This document shows positions 1-10,284 of a stretch of DNA of 64,000 nucleotides, one piece after another. The DNA comes from Azolla caroliniana (lineage: Eukaryota > Plantae > Polypodiophyta), in assembly GCA_043228905.1 (NCBI GenBank), contig JBHGNT010000012.1:7750001-7814000 (forward strand), given 5' to 3'. Below the pieces are notes generated by a model. That model had not been told where the DNA came from. It saw nothing but the letters and a program-made list of their open reading frames with translations, and did not search any database. Each line of letters starts with the position of its first letter. Positions within the stretch are counted from its first letter, which is position 1. Made by a program: the position numbers and the translations under genes.

Positions 1-2907
1 GAATCCTTCCGGTTGTTGCATGTAGATTTCTTCTTCGAGGTCACCGTGAAGGAATGCCGTCTTCACGTCCATCTGTTCTACCTCGAGGTCCATGCTTGCC
101 GCTATGCTCAGCACCGTCCGGATGGAGGTCATCTTCACTACCGGGGCAAATATCTCGTCGAAGTCCACACCCTTCTTCTGCTGGAACCCCTTCACCACGA
201 TCCTGGCTTTGTATCTCGGGGGGTTTCCGGCATCTCCCGGTTTCAGCTTGAACACCCACTTGTTACGGAGTGCCCGTTTTCCTTTCGGCAACTCCACAAG
301 TTCATATGTGTGGTTCTTATGCAGGGAATCCATCTCCTCCTGCATGGCACTTAACCACCTGCGGCTATGGGTGTCATGCTTTGCTTCTTCAAAGCTCTCC
401 GGCTCCCCCTCGTCGGTTAGCAGCACGTGCTCTGGTTCCGGAAATCTTCGGGGGGCCCTTCTCTCTCTTAGAGGATATCTCCGTTCCGGAGCTTCGATAA
501 CCGGTTCTTCCGATTCTTCTTCATCCGAATCCATTTCGGGATCGGGGCCGGTTCCGGTATCATTTTCATCTTCTTCGGCCGGTTCTGTTTCTTCACCGTC
601 TTCGGCCGGATCCTCGAGTGCTAACCGGTCTCTTGCCGGTCGGGACTGCTCCTTGTAGAGTTGATCCTCACCGGTCGACTTGGAGCTCTTCATCTTCTTC
701 TCCGACTCCCAGTCGGCGAGTGTCTTGTCCTCCATGAAGATGATATCGCGACTCCGGAATATCTTCTTGTCGACCGGGTCCCATACTCGGTAGCCGAACT
801 CGTCATCGCCGTAACCGAGGAATATGCATGGCCGGGTCTTTGGGTCTAGCTTTCCTCTCCGGTCCTTTGCCACATGCACATATACGAGACACCCGAACAC
901 CTTCAGGTGCCGGTAGGATACTTCCCTACCGGTCCACACTCTCTGCGGCGTGTCTCCGTCCAAAGGTACTGAGGGTGATCTGTTTATCACGTATGTCGCC
1001 GTCGACATCGCCTCAGCCCAAAACCCCTTGGGTAATTCCGCATGCGCCAGCATACTCCGGACCCTCTCCATTATGGTCCGGTTCATCCTCTCGGCCAGCC
1101 CGTTCAGTTCCGGCGTCTTCGGCACAGTAAACTCGAGCCGGATTCCCTTCGAGCGACAGTACTCCGCGAACTGCCCCCGGTATTCCCCTCCGTTATCTGC
1201 TCGTATCGCTTTCAGCTTCTTGCCGGATTCCCTTTCCACTCTCGCGTGGAGTTCTTTGAAGACGGACAATACTTGGTCCTTTGTCTTCAACGGTGCCGTC
1301 CACAGCTTCCGGCTGTGATCATCTATGAATGTTACGAAGTACTGGGCTCCGCCATGTGACTTCGTTTCTACTTGACACACGTCAGTATGCACCAACTCCA
1401 ATGGTGCACTACGTCTCGTCGGTGGCCTTGAGTGGAAGGAGGTCCGGTTTTGTTTACCGGCCAGGCAGTCGGTGCACTTCTCCAGGTGCACATGCTTCAC
1501 TGGAATAAGGTTGTCTTCTGCAAGCCTCTTCATCCCTTTCTCACTCATGTGGCACAGTCTCTTGTGCCACAGCTCACCGGCAGTGTCGGCTGCCACGTTC
1601 AGCTCCTCCGGACATAGCCGGGAATTCATCAGGTACAGTGTGTTGACCTTCCGGGCCCGAGCCACTATCAAGCTCCCCTTGCTGAACTTCATTACGCCGT
1701 TCCGGATGCTACCTGTGTAGCCTTCATCGTCTAGCCTCCCGGCCGAAATCAGGTTCAATCGAACCTCCGGAACGTGTCGGACATCCTTCAGCAGCATTTT
1801 ACATCCGGTTGATGTCATCAGCCACACGTCTCCTATGCCGGCAATCCGGCACGTACCTTCATTTCCCATCCGGACACAACCATGCTCACCGGCTGTGTAG
1901 GATGAGAAGTATTTCTTCTCCGGGGTCAGATGGAACGATGCTCCGGAATCGACCACCCAGGTCATCTCCTCACCGGCAAGGTTCAGCTCCGTCTCTTCGG
2001 TAATGAGCATTATCTCTTCTTCACTTGCCGCAAGTGCTGTCGTTCCTTTCCGGTCCTGCCCTCGCCGATCCGGACCTCTCCGGTCCGTGGCTCCCCGGTA
2101 TGCACCGTTTCTCTCCGGTGACTTCTTTGAATCGGTGTCGTCGGCTCCATTGTCTTTTCGGTAATGCCGACAATTCTTCCGGAAGTGCCCCGGCTTCCCA
2201 CAGTGGAAGCATGTGGGCCTTCCTCTTGACTGCGACCGGGTCCCCGACTTCTCCCGTCTTTGAGGACTCCGGTTCCATTGTCTTCCCCGATCCGATTCGG
2301 TAAGCAGCGCCTTCGAGTCGGAGGCCGGTTCTTTATCTCTCCGACGCGCTTCTTCGTTCAAAATACTTGTCTTTACCGTTTGCAAGGACAAGTTATCTTC
2401 CGTGCAGGAGGTGCTGAGAGTCACCACCAAGTTCTCCCAGCTATCCGGCAATGTACACATCAGAATGATGGCTTGCATTGCATCCTCCAACGGGAACTTG
2501 ATCGCCGCAAGCTGATTCACGAATCCCATGAACGTGCTTACGTGTTCCACCATACTCTCGCCGTCCCGGTACTTGAGGTTCACAATCTTCCTCATCAGGG
2601 AGGTCCGGTTCAACGCATTCTTCCTCTCGTAGAGGCCCGACAGCTTCCGCCACATCTCGTATGCGTTGGTGTCGTTCGCCACATGTTGCAAAACGCTCAC
2701 GTCGACGTATTGCCGAATGGTTGCAACGGCTTTCCGGTTCAGTAGCCTCCATTCCGTCTCAAGTACCCCCTTGGGTATTTCCGACCTGTCGATCGGTTCA
2801 TACAGATCCCGAACAATGAGCAAGTCCTCCATCTTTATCTTCCAGTCGGCGTAGTTCTGCGCATTCAGCACCATCATGCCCGGAGGCCCACTACCGCCGC
2901 CTTCCAT
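1..2907 (-). CDS. Copia gag-pol polyprotein, partial (969 codons open to the window edge)
   Basis: ATG at 2907 (MEGGGSGPPGMMVLNAQNYADWKIKMEDLL); zinc knuckle CFHCGKPGH; protease WVVDSGAS; LWHKRLCHMSEKG; integrase core; RT QMDVKTAFLHGDLEEEIYMQQPEGF ends in the same frame at base 1. Absent from the ORF track, consistent with no in-frame stop in the window. Confidence 0.92.
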   Translation of the reverse strand, partial: MEGGGSGPPGMMVLNAQNYADWKIKMEDLLIVRDLYEPIDRSEIPKGVLETEWRLLNRKAVATIRQYVDVSVLQHVANDTNAYEMWRKLSGLYERKNALNRTSLMRKIVNLKYRDGESMVEHVSTFMGFVNQLAAIKFPLEDAMQAIILMCTLPDSWENLVVTLSTSCTEDNLSLQTVKTSILNEEARRRDKEPASDSKALLTESDRGRQWNRSPQRREKSGTRSQSRGRPTCFHCGKPGHFRKNCRHYRKDNGADDTDSKKSPERNGAYRGATDRRGPDRRGQDRKGTTALAASEEEIMLITEETELNLAGEEMTWVVDSGASFHLTPEKKYFSSYTAGEHGCVRMGNEGTCRIAGIGDVWLMTSTGCKMLLKDVRHVPEVRLNLISAGRLDDEGYTGSIRNGVMKFSKGSLIVARARKVNTLYLMNSRLCPEELNVAADTAGELWHKRLCHMSEKGMKRLAEDNLIPVKHVHLEKCTDCLAGKQNRTSFHSRPPTRRSAPLELVHTDVCQVETKSHGGAQYFVTFIDDHSRKLWTAPLKTKDQVLSVFKELHARVERESGKKLKAIRADNGGEYRGQFAEYCRSKGIRLEFTVPKTPELNGLAERMNRTIMERVRSMLAHAELPKGFWAEAMSTATYVINRSPSVPLDGDTPQRVWTGREVSYRHLKVFGCLVYVHVAKDRRGKLDPKTRPCIFLGYGDDEFGYRVWDPVDKKIFRSRDIIFMEDKTLADWESEKKMKSSKSTGEDQLYKEQSRPARDRLALEDPAEDGEETEPAEEDENDTGTGPDPEMDSDEEESEEPVIEAPERRYPLRERRAPRRFPEPEHVLLTDEGEPESFEEAKHDTHSRRWLSAMQEEMDSLHKNHTYELVELPKGKRALRNKWVFKLKPGDAGNPPRYKARIVVKGFQQKKGVDFDEIFAPVVKMTSIRTVLSIAASMDLEVEQMDVKTAFLHGDLEEEIYMQQPEGF

Positions 2908-2939
2908 TTTTCTGTGTTACCGTCGCTCTGATACCAATT

Positions 2940-3663
2940 TGTTGAAAACCGCGCTCGGCCACAACCGAGAAATAGGATCAAATCACAGAAAACAGGAAAT
3001 ACAAAATGCTCCAAGACTACAGAGAGAAGAGTACACAGGATATTTTACGTGGAAAACCCTAAATGGGAAAAACCACGGGAGTCCTCAAACTCCAACTCAC
3101 ACTATACACAGAGATGTACAATGGTGAGTTTCAAGGCAACAACCTTGAGCTCACTGTCTTCGCCACAGGCGGCGGTAATACACAGAGGCAACGACCTCTT
3201 CGTCTCTCTCTCTCTCTCTCTCTCTCTCGGCTGCTCTCTTCACTCTCTCTAAGTGAAAAACAGAGAACATAAGCAGCAACAACAAACTGTTTGCCCTAAG
3301 TCATATTTATACACATATGACTTTCGGGCTATTTACAAATATAGCCTCAAGGGCCCTTGGCAAACATATTCACAAATATGTCCCCGCATCCGGATCTCTC
3401 TCCGGGTACATTCATCATCCGGCTCCGTAGCCGGGGTCTTCGTCATCCGGCTCCGTAACCGGGGTCTTCGTCATCCGGCTCCGTAGCCGGGGTCTTCATC
3501 ATCCGGCTCCGTAACCGGGGTCTTCATCATCCGGCTCCGTAGCCGGGTACTCTTCATCCGGCTTCATGCCGGGTACTCTTCATCCTCCGGTTCCGTAACC
3601 GCAACCGGGCTTGCCGTCATTCATCTCCGGACATCCCATCCGGAGGGACCGTAAATCCCAACA
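2940..3663 (-). repeat. 5' LTR of Copia A (724 bp)
   Basis: Termini TGTTG...CAACA, adjacent to the PBS; TATAAATA on the minus strand at 3311-3304; (GA)n tract downstream of it. Confidence 0.9.
3415..3585. repeat. About 6 tandem copies of a 28-bp unit in U3 of the Copia A LTR
   Basis: Unit GGCTCCGTARCCGGGGTCTTCRTCATCC starts at 3421, 3449, 3477 and 3505; more degenerate copies at 3533 and 3560. Confidence 0.92.
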
Positions 3664-6600
3664 ATGTCGAGACCAGAGACGACACAACTCATCTGATTCA
3701 GCATGTCAGCAATGTCCCATTCGGGAAAGAAGGTGAACAAACTTGCATAAAAAATGTCTTACATGTACCCACCATAACGAAGAATTTGGTCTCGGTCGGC
3801 CAAATTGTGGAGCAAGGGATGCAAGTTCGATTCAACCAAGGAGGTTGCTTCATCGAGATGGAAGGCCAACTAATTGCTCGTGGTCGAAGGGAAGGCCAAA
3901 TGTTTATCCTCGAAGAGAACGAGGTAAAATCGGCCATGTTTGCAAAGGGCCTCAAATTCCACACCAACATAGAGCTATGGCATAAAAGAATCGGCCATAT
4001 CAATCTCAACAAACTCAAGGCGATGCAATCGAAAGGAGTCGTCATCGGGCTCCCAACCTTCAAAGAGAAAGAGATTGAAGGAGTATGTGAAGCATGCCAA
4101 TTCGGCAAGCAACATCGGCACCCGTTCCCGAAGGAGAGGAACGTGAGCAAAGGCCTAATGGACATAGTCCACTCGGATGTGTGGGGACCGGGACAAACGG
4201 CTACGTTCGGAGGATGTCGGTACTATGTTACCTTCATCGATGACTGCTCTAGATACACATGGATCTTTCCCATGAGGATGAAGAGCGAAGTGTTTACACA
4301 CTTCCAAAAATTCAAAAGCGAAGTCGAAAAGACAATTGGGCGTCATGTACGATGTCTTCGGCCAGACGGAGGAAATGAATACTTCTCCGATGCGTTCACG
4401 GCATACCTTCGACAAGAAGGAATTCGGTGAGAATTCACTTGCCGACACACACCGCAATAGAACGGTGTAGTGGAATGCAAGAATCGGCACATCCTCGAAG
4501 TAACAAGGGCCATGCTAAATGAGAAGCATATGCCCAAGTCATATTGGGCAGAACCTGCAAATACCGTCGTCTACCTCATGAACCGGTGCACAACATCCGG
4601 AGTGCACGAGGTCACCCCGCACGAGAAATACTATGGGAAGAAGCCGGATCTATCCCATGTAAGGATATTCGGCTCCATTGCATACGTACACATTCCCGAT
4701 GAGAAGCGGCAGAAACTTGACCCAAAATCAGAGAAGTGCATCGTCGTGGGGTACTCACTAGAGCAAAAGGGGTACAAGTGCTTCAACCCCTCTACTCGGA
4801 AGACTTGTGTAAGTTGGGATGTCGTCTTTGAAGAATCGACATCATGGTACAAACTTGAGCCGACTCCTCCCGAACCATCTACGAACGACCTCAACAACAC
4901 AGAAGACGATAATCAACTAAGGTCAATACTCGAAGAGAGTCCAATCTCAACCAAATTGAGCGGACCACAAGAGCCTCTGAGCAACCAAAGCACATCTTGG
5001 CCAAGTCCAAAGATGGACAAAGGGAAGGCCAAAATGCCAGAATATGAAGACGATCACGTCGACGGCAACGAATTGACTCATCCACTCAATAGTGAGTTCG
5101 ATGGCTTTGATGTGTCTCTTTCGAGGTCACCCGGAGATGAGAAATCACTCACATCGGCAAATGAGAAACTCTATCACTCCACCCGAGAGAAGAATCCGGT
5201 TAGCCGATTTGGCTACAACGACTATATGGCATACCACGATGCCTTTATAATGAAGGTGGCAACAGTTCGAGAACCGGAGAGCTTTGTCAAAGCCGCTAAA
5301 GATCCGTGATGGGTCGAAGCGATGAACGAGGAGATGCAAGCTCTCAGCAAGAATGAGACATGGGATCTCGTCCCTCACTCACCACACAAGAAGGCAATCG
5401 GTTGCATATGGATATACAAAGTGAAGTATAATGTTGACGGTTCTGTCAACCGCTACAAAGCTCGACTCGTAGCAAAGGGCTACGCACAAACATAGGGTGT
5501 CGACTATGAAGAGACCTTTGCCCCGGTGGCAAAGATGACAACCGTGCGAAGTGTGATAGCGCTTGCATCAGCGAAAGGGTGGCACCTCCACCAAATGGAT
5601 GTCAAGAACGCTTTTCTTCAAGGCGAATTAGAAGAGGAGGTGTACATGATACAACCACCCGGCTTCGAATCCAACATTCATCCGAAAGCCATATGTCAAC
5701 TCAAGAAGCCCCTCTATGGCCTTAAGCAAGCACCACGTGCTTGGCACTTGAAGATAACACAATATCTTCATTGAATCGGTTTCCGAATGTCAAAATCTGG
5801 CAATTCTCTGTATGTAAGAAGCGATTCCGAAAGTCCGATCGTCATCATCCTATACGTGGATGATCTGGTCATTGGAGGTGAGTATCTAGTTGACATCAAC
5901 AAGGTCAAATCCCTCCTTTCCAACAAATTCGAGATGACGGACATGAAAGGGCTCCACTACTTCCTTGGCATCGAGGTAATTTGGACTCTAGCCAGGATTA
6001 TGATCTCCCAACGGCACTACATTCTCAACTTGTTATACAAGTTCGGGATGACTAAGTGCAAGTCTGTGGCAACACCTCTCGACTGAAACCTCAAACTAGA
6101 TGCCAATTATGGCACCACAGAGTGTGAGCCGACTCAGTATCGACAACTAATCGGTAGTCTTATCTACCTCACGATCACTCGACTAGACCTGAGCTATCCG
6201 GTCGGCCTTCTTAGCCAGTTCATGCAAACGCCACGAGATATCCATTTGGGTTGTACTAAGAGAGTGCTACAATACGTGAGCAGAACGATGGACTATGGCA
6301 TTCTCTATAAGTTGGCCACGCCAATTCAACTCGAGGGGTACACAAATGCCGACTGGGCAGGCTACAAAGCCGACCGACGATCAACCTCTGGTTTCGTCTT
6401 CTCCCTCGAAAGTGGAGCCATCTCCAGGAGTAGCAAGAAGCAACCAACCATCGCTCTTTCGAGCACAGAGGCCGAATACAGGGGCTCGGCGGTGGCTGCA
6501 TGTGAAGCCGTATGGGTTAAGAGGATCTTGAAGGATCTAGGTGTTCCCATCAAAGATCCAATTCCCTTTTACTGCGACAACATGAGCAATATTTATCTGG

Positions 6601-7181
6601 CTTGGAACCCAGTGTTCCATGCACGCACGAAGCATATCGAAGTGCACTATCACTTCATTCGAGAGTGCGTTCAAGTTGGCGATGCAACCTTCAACATATC
6701 ACTACGAATCTTCAGACAGCCGACATCTTCACCAAAGCCCTAGGAGCCGACAAGCTTCGGCAATTCCTGTCAGACCTTGGATTGGCGGTCCCTGACTTGC
6801 CAAGCTTGAGGGGGAGTACAAGCGAAAACCGGATACCGTCTGAACCGGATACGAGCCGAAGCGGACATCAACCGAAGTAGCCGACCAAAGTTGAGCTTGA
6901 GGGGGCGTGTTGAGAATCAAGCTCAACCTAGTCTAGTGTGTGAACACACCCTTGAGAGTGTGCACTCAAAGGTCAAAAGTCACCACTCTTATCTACACAT
7001 TAACTATGTGTCATAGAATCATATTCTATGACACATAACTAATGAGTTTTCACATTCCCTATGACCCAAGAGCTTCAGTAGTTAATGAAGAGAGAGAGTG
7101 ACTATATAAAGCACTCTCCTCCTTTGTAATATACATCGTCTTGAGTATTCTATTGTTGTTAAAATCTATCCATCTTGTGTT

Positions 7182-7232
<51 letters not shown>

Positions 7233-7299
7233 CACACACACTCACAACACATATCTCTAGTCTATTCCGCTGCACAAGAATCACCATCGATTCTTTACA
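3664..7299 (+). mobile_element. Decayed Ty1/Copia B1 (protease end, integrase, RT, RNase H, 3' LTR)
   Basis: ORF fragments 3786-6880 contain [52 protein letters not shown] with stops and frameshifts; PPT 6894-6907; LTR 6908-7299. Confidence 0.95.
6908..7299 (+). repeat. 3' LTR of Copia B1
   Basis: Starts TGTTGAGAATCAAGCTCAAC after the PPT, matching the B2 LTR start; ends ATTCTTTACA, like the B2 LTR end ATTCTTAACA. Confidence 0.8.
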
Positions 7300-7549
7300 A
7301 TGGTCTTAGAAAGAAGGAAGAAGATTTTCGTCGAAGCTATCAACAATACTAAATTGATAAAGGAATTTTATTATGAACAAAAAGAAGAAGAGACAAAATA
7401 TTTCCCAAACACTAGGGTTGAACCATAATAGTTTCACAAGTTTTCCATTTCTCTATATATAGTATAATTGGATCTATAATGTATGCTCACCACTTGGCTA
7501 GACTATTGTGCATACCTATTGTGTGAAGTGTTTATAGTAGTGCAAGAAT

Positions 7550-7728
7550 TTACAATGCAACCTATAAAAATATTATGAATATAATGTTAACCTAATTGTG
7601 TGCTTGTGACAATGTATTGTGCCAAAAGTTAATTATTTACAACATCCAAACTGCCACTAAGATTCACATGAGAGCCAGTTTAGTGAGGGTGATAGTAAAA
7701 TCATATGTCAGTGTAATCTTATTGTTTG

Positions 7729-7762
<34 letters not shown>

Positions 7763-9057
7763 TCCTGGAAATATCCTTTCAATAGTTATAAACAGTTATT
7801 ATAAGCACGTTGACGTACCGTCAAGCTACCATTGGTATGTTGCATTCTTCCTTAGGTCCCCATCCTTAAAGGATAAATAGTATCAACACTCCACCATTCC
7901 ATAACCTAGTTATGTGATTGGTGGTGGGAACAACCATACTGGTGGTGCTAATCACCATTTGGGTCTTGCATTTTGTAATGTGAGAAAAGGGGCATTCTTC
8001 TAATAGGCAATAAATTCGAGATGTTGCAACACTGCAACATCTGTCTCACCTTTAATTTCATCATCCACCCTTTCAAAAACATTGTGGTCAGTCCAATTGA
8101 TTGTTGCAACCACTGGCCGCTAGTAATGCTCTATGTATTACTAGCCATTGGAAGACATTTATTTCCATATCTTGCTTCCTTTTCCATAATGTCCTCCAAA
8201 ACTTTTCTAGGAATTCAGATGTGACCCCTTGATGGGTCCAAAATTGACTAGCCCATGGTGTAGTCCTGCATTGAGCTGCCAAAATGTGTCGTCCAATCTT
8301 AACTGAGTATTGAAAAAAACCACACCTTTTTCCAACACATTCAAACGGATCTTTCCACCAAAATTCTCCTGGATCCCATTGCAACCTTATGAAAGGTTTC
8401 TGTTCAAAAACTCTCAATTTCCAATGCTCCTTTACTACATCAACTTGTGGGTCGATGATCCACTTAGATCCGTCATAAGCGAATGTAGCATATTGCAAGA
8501 TCTCTGGTTATATCGTTGCTCTACATATAATGTCATCTTCCTCCACACTATAGTCTTGAAATCGTCCGCAAGACAAGTGCCCCGTTACCCCCACCAACAC
8601 TTAAAGCCTCGTAAATGCCCCTTCCCACTTGGGAGGATTAAAGGACCATACCGTAGACGTTGAGTGCCCCAAAACCAACTGCACCTAGTCCCACATAATC
8701 TGGCCCTCTCTCAAGGAAGAAAAAATTTCTGACCTGTCATTTATATGCAAAGTATGAAAGGATTTCCATGCATCAACGGACGCTCCTAGCCCTGCATCGA
8801 GCTTGGCCCAATCCAATCTTGTACGGGCCTCACCATGTGCCCTGACGGAAAACTCATATTCGGATTCCACACTAAGTGTTGTCTCAAGTGTTCCTCCTCA
8901 CACATTGGTACACCATGTCCCAACCCTTTATGTACATGCTCCCATGCTCTTAGAAGACTATTAAAAAAAATTTCTTCCCAATTCATCTTCATAACATGTT
9001 TATTGTCTGGTATAAAGATCCATCTTATACTATCACTCCATAATCCACCCACCGTCG
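7550..9057 (-). mobile_element. Degenerate L1-type LINE, 3' portion of ORF2 (post-RT / zf-RVT region)
   Basis: Trp-rich fragments such as FWRTLWKRKQDMEINVFQWLVIHRALL, typical of the plant LINE ORF2 C-terminus; cut at 9057 by the Gypsy LTR. Left boundary approximate. Confidence 0.7.
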
Positions 9058-9486
9058 TGTCAGGTACAGTACTAAGACTGAGAAGGAATTAGTACTAAAA
9101 GATGAGGATTAGTACTAAAAGAGGTGTAGAACTCTCGAGAGAAGGAAAGATATATATATATATATTGAGAGAGAGAGAGAGAATGATGATGACAAAATAT
9201 ATATATTATGTGAAGAGAATATACAGTAGTAGCTAGGAGGCTTAAGACTAGAGTTTAACCAATTTGGTTCTTGATAATGCCATGTGCCTCTTTTTTATAG
9301 TGGCTTTAGGAATACTCTTGACATTTCTAGAATGTTCCAAAGAAATTTAGAATATACATGGATTTCCTACGTGAAATAATAAATGGAAATAATTCTTTGT
9401 ATTACAACTTATAACTTAATGGTAAGGCTTTTGCCCATGTGCCACAAGGTCATGGGTTCAAATCCTTTTGAAGCCATATCATGACA
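9058..9486 (-). repeat. 3' LTR of the chromovirus (429 bp)
   Basis: TGTCATGA...CCTGACA on the minus strand, directly after PPT TTAAGGGGGGGTAG. Confidence 0.9.
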
Positions 9487-10284
9487 CTACCCCCCCTTAA
9501 GACGAAGAGTGCGATGAAGAGTGTTACGAGTCGTCTTAGATGGAAGACCTGGCTTGTCAGGATATCGTCGATGAAAGTCCTCAATAAGAGCTCGAGCATT
9601 TACCACGTTCTCGACTGGTTCCCAAGTACGCTCGCTTGGACTATAGCCTAGCCAATCGACCAAATAGTAGAGCTTGTTGTGAACAATCTTGGAATCAAGG
9701 ATGGCAGCTACTTCGTACTCCGGTCTTGCTTCAACCTCGATCGCAGGTGGAGGTGGTAAAATACGATTCGGAATAGTGTTGTCGTGATACGGTTCGAGAA
9801 GAGAACTATGAAAAACCGGATGTATCCGTAGTTGCGAAGGTAGATCAAGACGAAAAGCGACATCATTAATTTTTCCGATAATACGGAAAGGACCTAACCG
9901 CCGATAGTCGAATTTATCACATGGTTGAGTAGGCTTGATGTATCGTCGTAATAGCCATACCCAATCTCCAATGTTTAAACTGGATGGAAGCCGATGATGA
10001 TCTACATAATCCTTCTGTGTTTGTTGAGCTTGTTGTAAATTAGTAGATAAGTCTGCTTGTATCTTGTGTAGCCGCTCCAAACGACCCTCTACAAAAGGAT
10101 TTATGGGTAACTCTGGAGTTTCGAATACACACTGCCGGGGATGATAGCCCATATAAGCATAAAATGGTGTAACCCTAGTCCATGAGTAGACAGAGTTATT
10201 ATACACAAATTCTGCAAAGTGGAGAATATCCGCCCAGTCATCTTGTTGATAACTTAGAAAACACTGAAGATATTGTTCCCGCAT
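9487..10284 (-). pseudogene. Integrase C-terminus with classical (group I) chromodomain
   Basis: GPFRII...IHPVFHSSLL then EYEVAAILDSK...YYLVDWLGYSPSERTWEP, retaining the aromatic-cage Y/W/Y residues. Confidence 0.9.

Larger units (their letters stand above)
1..3663 (-). mobile_element. Ty1/Copia LTR retrotransposon A (Tnt1/Tork-like), apparently intact; 3' part runs off the window start
   Basis: 5' LTR 2940-3663 (TG...CA), tRNA-iMet PBS TGGTATCAGAGC at 2936-2925, continuous gag-pol frame. Right flank ATGTC (3664-3668) lies in the protease region of Copia B1, so A is nested in B1. Confidence 0.95.

Noticed and set aside
13-2854. Many overlapping + strand ORFs (up to 188 aa)
   Set aside because: Antisense shadows of the GC-rich Copia gag-pol; no recognisable domains.
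3415-3585. 28-bp repeats as a CRISPR array
   Set aside because: Head-to-tail units with no unique spacers, inside a eukaryotic LTR, no cas genes.
9405-9476. Functional tRNA gene (also 48612-48687 and 46215-46244)
   Set aside because: Acceptor and anticodon stems do not pair or are missing; reported only as tRNA-derived sequence.
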